From contig OZ024746.1 in assembly GCA_964016885.1 (NCBI GenBank), positions 90,644,001-90,708,000 on the forward strand: a stretch of 64,000 bases of DNA. Direction: 5' to 3'. Within the stretch, counting starts at the first letter, position 1. The number at the start of each line of letters is the position of its first letter. The translations under genes and the position numbers were made by a program. The notes below the pieces were generated by a model that was given only the letters and a program-made list of their open reading frames with translations, did not search any database and had not been told where the DNA came from. This document shows, in pieces, positions 12,881-24,427 of this stretch. The stretch is from Eledone cirrhosa (lineage: Eukaryota).

Positions 12881-13104
12881 TGCACAGCCCTTTTCCTTTG
12901 ATTAATAATAGAATGTTAAAAACATGTTACCTACAATGCAGCAAACAAAATCAGCCAAATTAAGAAAGAAAACCTTTAAGTCAGGGAACTATAGTAGCAG
13001 GACATTGAATTTTTACTGTTCATTTGGGTTGAGTATGTTTGTATACATGGGTCATGTCTAAAGGAGTATCCTACTTCACCCCCAGCTAACTAACCCTTGC
13101 CTCT

Positions 13105-13365
13105 TGGTCCTGACTGACAGGATGGCGAAGACACTGCTCCAGAGGAGGGCGAGGGAGATATGTTGGAACAGCCACTCTACCTCTCTGTCCTGCCTGACAG
13201 GATGGAGAATATTTGCCTCAGAGGAAGGTGATGGAGACGTGCTAGAACAGCCACTCCATCTTGTGTGACTCACACCTTTGGGCAGCCAGCCAGCTCCACT
13301 TCGATAGCAGTGAGCAGGAATGTGGTCTGGGGTCCAAGAATGCCAGAAGTCTCCACTGCTACAGA
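13105..13365 (-). mobile_element. CRE-like non-LTR retrotransposon C-terminal (restriction-like endonuclease) fragment
   Basis: Minus strand encodes AVETSGILGP... and EVEWLFQHISLALL...VFAILS; homologous to 14890-15450. Confidence 0.65.
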
Positions 13366-13499
13366 CTATACCTCAAACTTATCAGAGAGAAGCTGATACT
13401 TAAGAGAACACAAAAACAACAATATCTCTGTCCCTTTCTTTTTCATTTTTGTCTGACTTCTAGAAATGTCAAGGAACAATAATAATAATTTTTTTTTCT

Positions 13500-13995
13500 T
13501 TTGGCACAAGGCCAGCAATTATTCCAGTGTATATACACTGAGGATGAAAAACTCAGAGCTGTATGGGAGCATCCCAAAAGTCAGCTCAAAAGTGACACAG
13601 AGGAGACTGAGGTTGGCTGGACACGCTCACCGACATCCAGAGTTGACATTGCACTCAGTGCTCCTTTGGGAGCCCCTACATGGACACACTAGAAGAGGAA
13701 GACCAAGGTTAACATATGTTGATGCCCTAAGGACAGACACTGGTCTGTTGGAGATGCAGGATATGGCAGCGATAATGAGGGACAGAGACCGCTGGAGAGA
13801 ACTCATCCATGGATCTCGGGAATTTTACCCGCCTTAGATAGATAGATAGATTACTGGTACTTTATTTTATCGACCACGTAAGGATGAAAAGCAAAGTTAA
13901 CCTCGGCGGGATTTGAACTCAGACCATAAAGGGCCGTAACTCTTTGCTGCAAAGCATGGTGTCCGACCCTTTACCGATACTGCCAATCCACCCCC
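13500..13995 (-). mobile_element. SINE A interrupted by a short RTE-like element
   Basis: SINE halves at 13500-13530 and 13850-13995. Confidence 0.8.
13531..13850 (+). mobile_element. Short RTE/RTEX-like 3' fragment with (GATA)n tail
   Basis: Encodes [12 protein letters not shown]...RRGRPRLTYVD...DRDRWRELI, a typical RTE ORF C-terminus; second copy at 48962-49291. Confidence 0.85.
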
Positions 13996-14273
13996 CTAAC
14001 AATAATAACCTTCCTAGTGGTGCATTGTGGGTAATGGTTCAGCATACAAGGGAAAGATTACAGCCGAGAGACTAGGAAGACATTCTTTGTAAACCATGAC
14101 ACCTCATCTGTAATAGAACAAGAGCTGAGCTTTTATCATAGTATAATTGCTAGGTAACGAGAGAGAGAGGGGGGAGGCAGAGAGAGGGAGAGGGGAGAGA
14201 GAGAGCATGTAACAAGAGTGTGTGGAGGGAGGGAGTAAATAATTTATTATAAAGCTTTTCTTTTTATGATAAA

Positions 14274-14771
14274 TGTGGTGTGGTGTGTTGTACTGTGTGG
14301 TGTTGTGTTGTGTTGTATTGTGGTGTGGTGTGGCAGGGTGTGTTGTGGCGTGGTGTGTTGTGTTGTTGTAATGTGGTTTATTATGTGGTGTGGTGTGGTG
14401 TGGCATGGTGTGGTGTGGCGTGGCATGGTGTGGTGTGGCGTGGTGTGTTGTGTTGTAGTGTGGTGTGGTTTATTATGTGGTGTGGTGTGGCGTGGCATGG
14501 TGTGGTGTGGTGTGGTGTGGTGAGACATGGCGTGGTGTGGTGTGTTGTGTTGTAGTGTAGTGTGGTTTATTATGTGGTGTGGTGTGGTGTGGCGTGGCAT
14601 GGCATGGTGTGGCGTGGCGTGGCGTGTTGTGGCGTGTTGTAGTGTTGTATATTATGTGGTGTGGTGTGACATGGTGCGTTGTGGCGTGGTGTGTTGTAGT
14701 GTTGTATATTATGAGGTGTGGTGTAGTGTTGTGTGGCGTGGCGTGACGTGGTGTGTACTGTGTGGTGTGGT
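14274..14771. repeat. (GTGTG)n-type pentanucleotide microsatellite
   Basis: Seen directly in sequence. Confidence 0.9.
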
Positions 14772-14887
14772 ATATAAGGGTGTATATAAGGACAAGCTGA
14801 ACAACAACAATAACAATAACAACAATAATGTTTAGGAAACTGATCTGACTAAAATACTTTCATAATTTTCAAATTATGCAACTAACC

Positions 14888-15455
14888 CAGGTTCTGCTGC
14901 ACTTCGGACCGAAGAGGGCAAACTCTCCAAGTACCGGTTGCTCTCTGACAGGTTTGCGGTCGTGCCCTTAGCAGTGGAGACTTCTGGTCTCCTTGGCCCT
15001 AGGGCTACCTCCCTACTTATCACCATAGGCACAGACCTGGCTACCTGTAGCAGTGGAGACTTCTGGTCTCCTTGGCCCTAGGGCTACCTCCCTACTTATC
15101 ACCATAGGCACAGACCTGGCTACCTGTAGCAGTGGAGACTTCTGGTGTCCTTGGCCCTAGGGCTACCTCCCTACTTATCACCATAGGCACAGACCTGGCT
15201 ACCTGTAGCAGTGGAGACTTCTGGTCTCCTTGGCCCTAGGGCTACCTCCCTACTTATCACCATAGGTACAGACCTGGCTACCTGTAGCAGTGGAGACTTC
15301 TGGTCTCCTTGGCCCTAGGGCTACCTCCCTACTTAACACAATAGGTGCTCAGCTGGCCAGCCGCAGGTGTGAGCCTTGTGAGATGGAATGGCTCTTCCAG
15401 CGCATCTCCCTTACCATCCTCCAGGGAAACGCCTTCTCCATTCTGTCCGCCGGGG
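14888..15455 (+). mobile_element. CRE-like retrotransposon endonuclease fragment with a 79-bp internal tandem repeat (4 full copies plus a partial)
   Basis: GSAALRTEEGKLSKYRLLSDRFAVVPLAVETSGLLGP...WLFQRISLTILQGNAFSIL fits the K..KY..L / P.AVET.G..G / LFQR.S....GNA pattern; unit starts at 14971, 15050, 15129, 15208, 15287. Confidence 0.7.
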
Positions 15456-15649
15456 CTGTGGGGTGGCCAGCACGTGGGACCCCATTTGCTCACAATACAG
15501 AGAGATGGGAGGGGCGAGGCGAGAGAGATGGAGGTGGTGACAGTGGAAGTTTGGCTCTTCCATGTTCGGACACATTGCACCTGTCATATGGATCATGTGA
15601 TCATCTCAATTTCTCAAAAAATTCTTCTTCCATTTTCAAATGTACAGAA

Positions 15650-15668
15650 TAGTAGTAGTAGTAGTAAT

Positions 15669-15705
<37 letters not shown>

Positions 15706-15706
15706 A

Positions 15707-15739
<33 letters not shown>

Positions 15740-15778
15740 CAGCAGCAGTAGTAGTAGTAGCAGTAGTAGTAGCAGTAT

Positions 15779-15810
<32 letters not shown>

Positions 15811-15827
15811 GTAGTATTAGTAGTAGT

Positions 15828-15871
<44 letters not shown>

Positions 15872-15934
15872 ACGTAGTAGTAGTAGTAGTAGTAGTAGCA
15901 GCAGCAGTAGTAGTAGTAGCAGTAGTAGCAGTAT

Positions 15935-15966
<32 letters not shown>

Positions 15967-15995
15967 GTAGTATTAGTAGCAGCAGCAGTAGTAGT
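15650..15995. repeat. (GTA/GCA)n microsatellite
   Basis: Seen directly in sequence. Confidence 0.95.
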
Positions 15996-16425
15996 AAGAA
16001 AAAAGCAGTCAGGTTTTAAGCTCCAGACAATGGAAATTCTATCTGAAGCTAAGGAAAAATCCATTAATGGTCCTTTTACCTTTAATTGTTTATATAACAG
16101 CAAATATCATACCTGGAGTTTGTTGGTTGTTTTAACTGTTTTATCTTTATTATATTGTTTAGGTAGCAGTGAGTAAAATGACCTCATTCCTGACATTAGA
16201 CATGTCTAATCACTCCATCATACATACATTTTAATTGTGTGTTAACTTGCCAGAGACTCACAGTAGGTTGAACTAACACAGATATGTGTGGTGTGTGTGT
16301 GTGTGTGGGGGGGGGGGTCACGGATTAGTGGTGGTGGGGAACCACAGAAAGAAGATCAAGACAAACCTGGAATTCTAATTCCAAGTAGTTAGGGCTGAAG
16401 AGAATTAATATGGAACAAACTATAA

Positions 16426-16456
<31 letters not shown>

Positions 16457-16477
16457 TATACATATGTATATATATAT

Positions 16478-16810
16478 GCGCATGGTTTAGTGGTTAGAGC
16501 AGTAGGCTTGCAATCGAAAGGTTGTGAGTTCAATTCTCGGACCGGGTGATGTGTTGTTTCCTTGAGCAAGACACTTTATTTCACGTTGCTCCAGTTTACT
16601 CAGCTGAAAATGAGTACCAGCAATAGCTGGAGGTTTAACCCTGTGATGGACTGGCGTCCTGTCCAGGGGGGAGTCTTGTGCTCTCAGTCGCTTCATGCCA
16701 TGAAGCCGAGATAAGCACCGGCCAAATGAGCCTTCATCGTATGGCTAAAACAGCAATGTGCTGTGGCCAGCAGCGCCGAATGGCACCCGACAGACTGGTC
16801 AGTCAAGGTG
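16478..16810 (+). mobile_element. SINE with family B head but V-domain-like body and a different tail
   Basis: Same head as family B, then CCCTGTGATGGACTGGCGTCCTGTCCAGGGG; flanked by (TA)n. Confidence 0.75.
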
Positions 16811-16914
16811 ATATATATATATATTTGAAAATAAGGAAAAGAATGACTTCAGTTGTGTTAAAAAATTTGATTTAATTTTATAATATTATGAGTTGGTAGA
16901 TATATATATATATA

Positions 16915-17255
16915 TGGAGGCACATGGCTTAGTGGTTAGAGCATTGGCCTTGCAATCGAAAGGTTGTGAGTTCAATTCTCAGACCGGTGATGTGTTGTTT
17001 ACTTGAGCAAGACACTTTATTTCACATTGCTCCAGTTTACTCAGCTGTAGAAATGAGATGATAGGACTGGGGTCCTTATCATTCCAATGCAAAGTGGTCG
17101 TGGAGGTGCCATGGCAAAAAAGCACCCAGCACTCACTGTAAATGAGGTTGGTGTTAGGAAGGGCATCCAGCTGTAGAAATCAAGCCAGAATCAGTTCCCA
17201 TCCCACCCTTGCAAGCAGGAAAAAGTGGACGTAAAATGAAATGATGATGAAATGA
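16915..17255 (+). mobile_element. SINE family B, full length
   Basis: TGGAGGCACATGGCTTAGTGGTTAGAG head and RTE tail; within (AT)n. Confidence 0.9.
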
Positions 17256-17394
17256 TATATATATAGAGAGAGAGAGAGGGGGGGGGGGAGAAGAGAGTGA
17301 TACTAAGTCGTGAGAACCATGTGATAATATGATATTGTGAGAAGAGCTGGACACAGATGAGACTCCTGTAGAATTGTAAACAAGTCTGCCAACC

Positions 17395-17586
17395 ATTGAA
17401 TTAGCATCGGTAGAGAGTCAGACGCCATGATTTGCGGCATAGAGTTACGGCCCTTTGCGTTCTGAGTTCAAATCCCACCGAGGTTAACTTTACCTTTCAT
17501 CCTTACGGTGGTCGATATAAAATAAAGTACCAGTAATACACTGAGGAGAGAATTGCTGGCCTTGTGCCAAAAGTAGAAACAATTAT
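17395..17586 (+). mobile_element. SINE A
   Basis: Match to family A. Confidence 0.85.
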
Positions 17587-17637
17587 AGCACAGGTACGGT
17601 TTGGTAGAGACTGGCTATGTACTACCACCATATCTTG

Positions 17638-17797
17638 TGGTGATGTTGGTAGTGATGGTGGTGGTGGTGGTGGTGGTGGTGGTGGTGATAGTAGTAGTAG
17701 TGGTGGTGGTAATAGGGAGTAGTAGTCATGGTGGTGGTGATAGTAGTAGTGGTGGTGGTGATAGTAGTAGTGGTGGTGGCGGTGGTGGTGGTGGTGA

Positions 17798-17830
<33 letters not shown>
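17638..17830. repeat. (GGT/AGT)n microsatellite
   Basis: Seen directly in sequence. Confidence 0.9.
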
Positions 17831-18469
17831 AGATAATTTTCCACTGCTGAGAGGTGTAAGGGATGAATGGGTGGTGGATTGCTGTTCTTGCCAATTCCAG
17901 TATCTCTTGGAAAGCACACTGCAGTAGTCCCCCGCACTACTGCAAGCCTAACTGCTCCTCCTACTGCTAATAACTAGTGAGGTATGAGTGACATCAACAT
18001 TTCTCTCTCTTATTTTCCAGGCTGGCATCAGTTTGGGGAGAGTTTTTTTTTCAAGTAGAATTCTATGGTTGGCTGCCCTTTCTTTGGTTTTCAAAGTAAG
18101 GTATGGATCCTCACACATCTAACCACATAAACTGGTACATATGTGAGCGGAAGATAGGCCCCCAATCCACCAGGAAGGACAGTCAGTGACAATCTGTCCA
18201 ACCTATGCCAAAACTGGTACATATGTGGGTGGAAGATAGTCCCTAATCCACCCGGGAGGACAGTGACTTTAAGTACTAATTTGGTCCGTGACAATCTGTC
18301 CAACCCATACCGCTGTAGAAAAATGGAGATTAAATGAGGAAGATAAAAGGCAAAGTTAATCTTAGCTTGATTTGAACTCAGAATGTTAAGAGCCAGAATA
18401 AATACCAGCACAGTATTTTATCTGATGCTCTAACACATCTGCCAATCCACCCCAAACCAATAATATTAA

Positions 18470-18663
18470 CCCTTTATCATTTACATTACTCTATATTTAC
18501 TATTATAATTTTGTGGTAATGGCTTTATCTCACATAATTAATTCATATAATATTGAATTTATGAAATTTTGATATTTATTTTGAGAACAATACCTTAAGA
18601 TCAGTATGAGCAGCCTATTACAGCCAGTTTGAACAGAAAGAGGCTGGTTTAAATGCTAAAGGG
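18470..18663. mobile_element. piggyBac-type MITE
   Basis: TTAA|CCCTTTA...TAAAGGG|TTAA. Confidence 0.8.
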
Positions 18664-18889
18664 TTAAAAGAATGAAGACTTTGTCAGAGAGTAATATTTT
18701 CTCATGGTACCAAATTGATAGCTAGGGACTAATGAGTGTCTACTTTATCTAAGTACTAAGCCCAGCATAATACTATTTTAACTTGAAATGATAAGAGAAT
18801 AATCAGCATCAGTAATATTTCATAAGCAACTTTCACTGCTACATACAAAATAATTTAGCTAGTCATTATTAGAAGCTAACCTCAGAGCA

Positions 18890-19132
18890 ATTTGAACGCA
18901 GAACGTAAAGGACCGTAACTCTGTTTGTAAAGCATGTAGAGCGTTGGACACCATGCTTTGCAGCATTAAGTTACGGCCCTTTACGTTCTGCATTCGAGTC
19001 CCGCTGAGGTAGCTTTGCCTTTCACCCTTACGGGGTCGATAAAATAAAGTACCAGTAATGTACTGAGTTAATTTAATCAACTTCCCCTCTCCCCAAATTA
19101 CTGTCCTTGTGCCTAAAGCAGAAACAATTATT
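18890..19132 (+). mobile_element. SINE A preceded by a short inverted SINE segment
   Basis: About 18935-19132 forward; about 18890-18935 is reverse-complement SINE head sequence. Confidence 0.7.
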
Positions 19133-19167
19133 ATAGAAGAATAACAAGAAGAAATTGATTCCTCAGT

Positions 19168-20420
19168 TGACTGAAAAATGGTGCTATGACAACACTTGAT
19201 GCTACACACTCTTCTGTCCGACTGTGAAGAAGGGTTGCTATGATGACTTGATACTACACACTCTTCTGTCCGACTGTGAAGAACGGTGCTATGACAACAC
19301 TTGATGCTACACACTCTTCTGTCCGACTGTGAAAAATGGTGCTATGACAACACTTGATGCTACACACTCTTCTGTCCGACTGTGAAGAACGGTTGCTATG
19401 ATGACTTGATACTACACATTCTTCTGTCCGACTGTGAAGAACGGTGCTATGACAACACTTGATGCTACACACTCTTCTGTCCGACTGTGAAAAATGGTGC
19501 TATGACAACACTTGATGCTACACACTCTTCTGTCCGACTGTGAAGAATGGTGCTATGACAACACTTGATGCTACACACTCTTCTGTCCGACTGTGAAGAA
19601 CGGTTGCTATGATGACACTTGATGCTACACACTCTTCTGTCCGACTGTGAAAAATGGTGCTATGACAACACTTGATGCTACACACTCTTCTGTCCGACTG
19701 TGAAGAACAGTTGATATGATGACTTGATGCTACACACTCTTTTGTCCAACCGTGGAGAATGGTTGCTATTACGGCACTTGATGCTACACACTCTTCTGTC
19801 CGACTGTGAAGAACGGTTGCTATGATAACACTTGATGCTACACACTCTTCTGTCCGACTGTGAAGAATGGTTACTATGACGACTTGATGCTACACACTCT
19901 TCTGTCCGACTGAAGAACAGTTGCTATGATGACTTGATGCTACACACTCTTTTGTCCAACCGTGGAGAATGGTTGCTATTACGGCACTTGATGCTACACA
20001 CTCTTCTGTCCGACTGTGAAGAACGGTTGCTATGATAACACTTGATGCTACACACTCTTCTGTCCGACTGTGAAGAATGGTTACTATGACGACTTGATGC
20101 TACACACTCTTCTGTCCGACTGAAGAACAGTTGCTATGATGACTTGATGCTACACACTCTTTTGTCCAACCGTGGAGAATGGTTGCTATTACGGCACTTG
20201 ATGCTACACACTCTTCTGTCCGACTGTGAAGAACGGTTGCTATGATAACACTTGATGCTACACACTCTTCTGTCCGACTGTGAAGAATGGTTACTATGAC
20301 GACTTGATGCTACACACTCTTCTGTCCGACTGAAGAACAGTTGCTATGATGACTTGATGCTACACACTCTTCTGTCCGACTGTGAAGAACGATTGCTATG
20401 ACGACTTGATGCTAAACACA
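19168..20420. repeat. 52-54-bp minisatellite (about 24 units) with a 210-bp higher-order repeat
   Basis: Unit GACTGTGAAGAACGGTTGCTATGA..ACTTGATGCTACACACTCTTCTGTCC; variant TTTGTCCAACCGTGG recurs at 19741, 19951 and 20161. Confidence 0.95.
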
Positions 20421-20514
20421 CTCCTGTCATACTTACACACCTGATAACACTTAATATTAACTGGTTAACAAAACAACTACCACAATTTTTAATCACCAGT
20501 AGTAGTCATTGTTA

Positions 20515-20745
20515 ATGGGGTGGTGGTGGTGGTGTGATAGGGTGAGGTGGTGGTGTGTGATGGATGGGGTGAGGTGGTGGTGTGTAATGGGGTGAGGTGG
20601 TGGTGGTGGTGTGTGATGGGGTGAGGTGGTGGTGTGTAATGAGGTGATGTGGTGGTGGTGGTGTCTGATGGGGTGAGGTGGTGATGGTGGTGTGTAATGG
20701 GGTGAGGTTGTGGTGAAGTGTAGTGGGGTGGGGTTGGGGTGGTGG
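20515..20745. repeat. GGT-rich degenerate repeat
   Basis: Seen directly in sequence. Confidence 0.85.
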
Positions 20746-20776
20746 AGTATTTATTTATATATACATATATATATAT

Positions 20777-20857
20777 TTCTAGTGGTTCCTTTAAATTGGT
20801 GGTTATTGCTTTGTGGCACCTCCCCAGCATACTGTATTCATCTTTCTCTCTCTTTAT
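20777..20857 (-). mobile_element. Short (TA)n-embedded element; inverted homolog at 22715-22798
   Basis: GAATACAGTATGCTGGGGAGGTG...CCACTAGAAA shared with the other copy; degenerate hammerhead-like core. Confidence 0.55.
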
Positions 20858-21292
20858 ATATGTATATATGTATATATATATATATATATGTGTATATATA
20901 TATGTATAAATATATACATATATATATGTATATATATATATGTATAAATATATATATATATATATGTGTATATATATATGTATAAATATATACATATATA
21001 TATATATATGTATATATATATGTATGTATAAATATATACATATATATATATGTATATATATATGTATAAATATATACATATATATATATACATCACATAT
21101 ATATGTATATATATATGCATAAATATATACATATATATATATATGTGTATATATATATGAATATGTATATATATATATATGTATAAATATATACATATAT
21201 ATATAGTAATAATAATACATATGAAGACTAAAATCCAAAGAGGGCGCGATAAGGATAAATATATATCAAATGTATAAGAACCGTAGAGTAAA

Positions 21293-21478
21293 TATTTATT
21301 AAAATAACAGATTAAAGTTTAAGCAAAGAATCGCTGCTTTCACTCTTAACGGGATCTTCTGAAACTAACAAAGTCAATCTGTAAATGCACAGATTGACTT
21401 TGTTAGTTTCAGAAGATCCCGTTAAGGGTGAAAGCAGCGATTCTTTGCTTAAACTTTAATCTGTTATTTTAATAAATA
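21293..21478. repeat. Fold-back palindrome, 90-bp arms, 6-nt spacer, in (TA)n
   Basis: 21293-21382 is the reverse complement of 21389-21478 with one mismatch seen; contains CAGAAGA-CCC..GGG-GAAA, a degenerate hammerhead core. Confidence 0.9.
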
Positions 21479-21627
21479 CATATATATATATATATATATA
21501 TGTAGGAGGTGAGTTTTATTGTAGTACAATAAAGCAATGCAGATATCGGATAAGAAGCACTCTACAGTTTGTAGGACTGGAGTATACATAATATATAAGA
21601 TCAAAAGATGGTTAAAAGAGTTCCATG

Positions 21628-21698
21628 TATTTTATTATGCGCATTTCAAAAACAAATATCATCATGCAATAACATTTGTGTTTTCATCAGATAAAATA
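21628..21698 (-). ncRNA. Minimal type-I hammerhead ribozyme motif
   Basis: TATTTTAT-CTGATGA-stem II-GAAA-TGCGC-ATA-ATAAAATA; perfect 8-bp stem I and palindromic stem III ATGCGCAT. Confidence 0.85.
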
Positions 21699-21804
21699 GG
21701 AAGACATGATATGAAGGTTAGAAAACACTTGTGAATAGTGCAGATATGTTGATTTAAAACTGCACTATTCACAAGTGTTTTTTAACCTTCATATCATGTC
21801 TTCC

Positions 21805-21875
21805 TATTTTATCTGATGAAAACACAAATGTTATTGCATGATGATATTTGTTTTTGAAATGTGCATAATAAAATA
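21805..21875 (+). ncRNA. Minimal type-I hammerhead ribozyme motif (mirror copy)
   Basis: CTGATGA 21813-21819, GAAA 21856-21859, ATA 21865-21867, stem I TATTTTAT/ATAAAATA. Confidence 0.8.
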
Positions 21876-21905
21876 CATGGAACACTTTTAACCATCTTTT
21901 GATCT

Positions 21906-21977
<72 letters not shown>

Positions 21978-22174
21978 AAATATATACATATATTTTGTAT
22001 CTGAATTTGTTTAGCAAGATTCTTTATCTGAAAACGTGTGTTATACTTTGGGAGAGTCATGTTGCCAATAAGAAACACACGCACCAGTTACTTTCACTTC
22101 AATTTATTATAAATTAAATTTATAAATTTCCGGTTGGTTGGTTGGTTCCATAACCGGACGGTTGTTCATATATT

Positions 22175-22217
22175 GTCAAAGTTCTTTCATCACACATTCT
22201 GTGACCTCTTCAGTGAC
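22175..22217 (-). ncRNA. Minimal hammerhead ribozyme motif within a ~330-bp (TA)n-flanked insert (about 21995-22322)
   Basis: GTCA-CTGAAGA-GGTCACA..TGTGAT-GAAA-G-AA-C-TT-TGAC: stem I GTCA/TGAC, stem II GTCACA/TGTGAT, CUU triplet. Confidence 0.6.
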
Positions 22218-22340
22218 TGGGGATTCTTTTCTTTGTTTTGTGCCTCTCCTTTGTTCTGTCCTACGCCATCTTTTTTTGTGTGTGTTGTGTGCTTAGTTTG
22301 CGCATGTGTTACATCCGGGTGTATACATATATATATATTT

Positions 22341-22377
<37 letters not shown>

Positions 22378-22620
22378 CATATATATATATTTATACATAT
22401 ATATATACATACATATATATATACATACATATATATATATATATATATTTATACATATATATATATTTATACATATATATATATAATTTATACATATATA
22501 TATATAATTTATACATATATATATATTTATATATATATTTATACATATATATATATTTATACATATATATATATATTTATACATATATATATATAATTTA
22601 TACATATACATATATATATG

Positions 22621-22667
22621 TAGCACCTCCCCAGCATACTGTATTCATCTTTCTCTCTCTTTATATA

Positions 22668-22713
<46 letters not shown>

Positions 22714-22798
22714 TAAAGAGAAAGAGAGAAAGAAGAATACAGTATGCTGGGGAGGTGCTACAAAGCAATAACCACCAATTTGAAGGAACCACTAGAAA
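22621..22798. repeat. Inverted repeat (~40-bp arms) around a (TA)n spacer; the right arm continues as the element seen at 20777
   Basis: TAGCACCTCCCCAGCATACTGTATTC ... GAATACAGTATGCTGGGGAGGTGCTA. Confidence 0.85.
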
Positions 22799-23444
22799 TT
22801 TTTGGCAGAAAATTAAAGGACAAAATGTGATAAATAAATTGATGTGAAATATCAATTTCCTTTTGAAGACAAGATTAAGTCTAACTACGACATAAACCCA
22901 ATGATAGAACTCTCTTAACTGACCTTTCTATACACCCTTATTTAAATACCAGATTAAAAAAATAAAAATATATATAAGCAATCTGTTTAGGTTTAGTGAA
23001 GAAAAAGAATGTAATCTTTGCATGAACCTCCATTTCAAATAATATTAGTGACATTAGCAGTCAAAATGTTCCCAAGAAAATATCTTGTGTGATGAGAACT
23101 GCCAAATAATTCCCCCTTTTTCCAACATTACCAATACCACCACAACCACCACCATTACACCAACACCAGCATCACTACACCACCACCACCACCACATGTT
23201 GATACTCTGCCAAAGTTGCCAGGGTTCTTCTCACCAAGGACAAGAGGGAAATAAAGGGAACAGAACATTAATATGTGTGTGTATGAGCATATATATATAT
23301 ATATATATCTTTTTATATATACACATAACTATATATAAACCCACATATATACAAACATATATCATCAAGATCGTTTTACATCTGTCATATATATGATCAT
23401 TGTCATATATACATATATATATATATATATATTACGATTGTAAG

Positions 23445-23660
23445 TCCAACTGGAGCAATGTGAAATGAAGTGTTTTGCTCAAGAACACAAAACACAACCT
23501 AGTCCAGGAATTGAACCCACAACATAATGATCATAAGTTCAACCCTTGGAGCAATGTAAAATGAAATGCTTTTTTTCTCAAGAACACAAGACACAATGCA
23601 GTTCAGGAATTGAACCCACAACATTATGATTGTAAGTTCAACACTGTTACCACTAGGCCA
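23445..23660 (-). mobile_element. Duplicated, diverged SINE B-like head fragments
   Basis: TGGAGCAATGT.AAATGAA...CTCAAGAACACAA...GGAATTGAACCCACAAC occurs twice. Confidence 0.7.
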
Positions 23661-24190
23661 CACCGCACCTCCACATATTGTGAATCCACTTCTCTAACCA
23701 CCAGGCCACACTGCACCTCCACATATTGTGAATCCACTTCTCTAACCACCAGGCCACACCACATCTCCACATGTTGTGAATCCACTTCTCTAACCACTAG
23801 GCCACACTGCATCTCCACATATTGTGAATCCACTTCTCTAACCACCAGGCCACACCACATCTCCACATGTTGTGAATCCACTTCTCTAACCACTAGGCCA
23901 CACCGCATCTCCACATATTGTGAATCCACTTCTCTAACCACCAGGCCACACCGCACCTCCACATATTGTGAATCCACTTCTCTAACCACTAGGCCACACC
24001 GCATCTCCACATGTTGTGAATCCACTTCTCTAACCACTAGGCCACACCGCATCTCCACATGTTGTGAATCCACTTCTCTAACCACTAGGCCACACCACAT
24101 CTCCACATATTGTGAATCCACTTCTCTAACCACCAAGCCACACCGCACCTCCACATATTGTGAATCCACTTCTCTAACCACTAGGCCACA
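23648..24190. repeat. 48-bp minisatellite (about 11 copies) made from a SINE 5' end
   Basis: Minus-strand unit contains GTGGAG..GCGGTGTGGCCTAGTGGTTAGAG (A-box head). Confidence 0.9.
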
Positions 24191-24427
24191 TATCAAGTTA
24201 TACATAAATAGCTAGCTCTAACACTTTCAACGAGACTTTAATTACACCCTCCCCCTATATTGTATTTCACTTATGTTTAATTACTGAACAGCAGCCATTT
24301 TTACAGATTCTAATTTAAATTAATGAAGAAAAGAAATAAATAAATGAAATTGAAATTAAAAAATACACAACAGCAACTTATTTAATTATATTACTCCGAG
24401 GTTAACTTTGCCTTTCATCCTTTCATT

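Larger units (their letters stand above)
21588..21915. repeat. Fold-back palindrome, 156-bp arms, 16-nt spacer, in (TA)n
   Basis: 21588-21743 versus 21760-21915, three mismatches seen. Confidence 0.95.

Noticed and set aside
15345-16176. Poly-Ser/Thr/Val ORFs (similar cases at 1419-1851, 17503-17937 and 44442-45074)
   Set aside because: Trinucleotide microsatellite read-through.
16915-16990. tRNA gene-like A and B boxes
   Set aside because: These are SINE heads continuing into repeat bodies; no complete cloverleaf.
17980-18022. Plus-strand donor and acceptor about 39 nt apart
   Set aside because: Too short for a typical intron, and no flanking ORF.
23610-24215. 201-aa and 193-aa repeat proteins on both strands
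   Set aside because: Arise from a 48-bp SINE-derived tandem unit; no splice or homology support.
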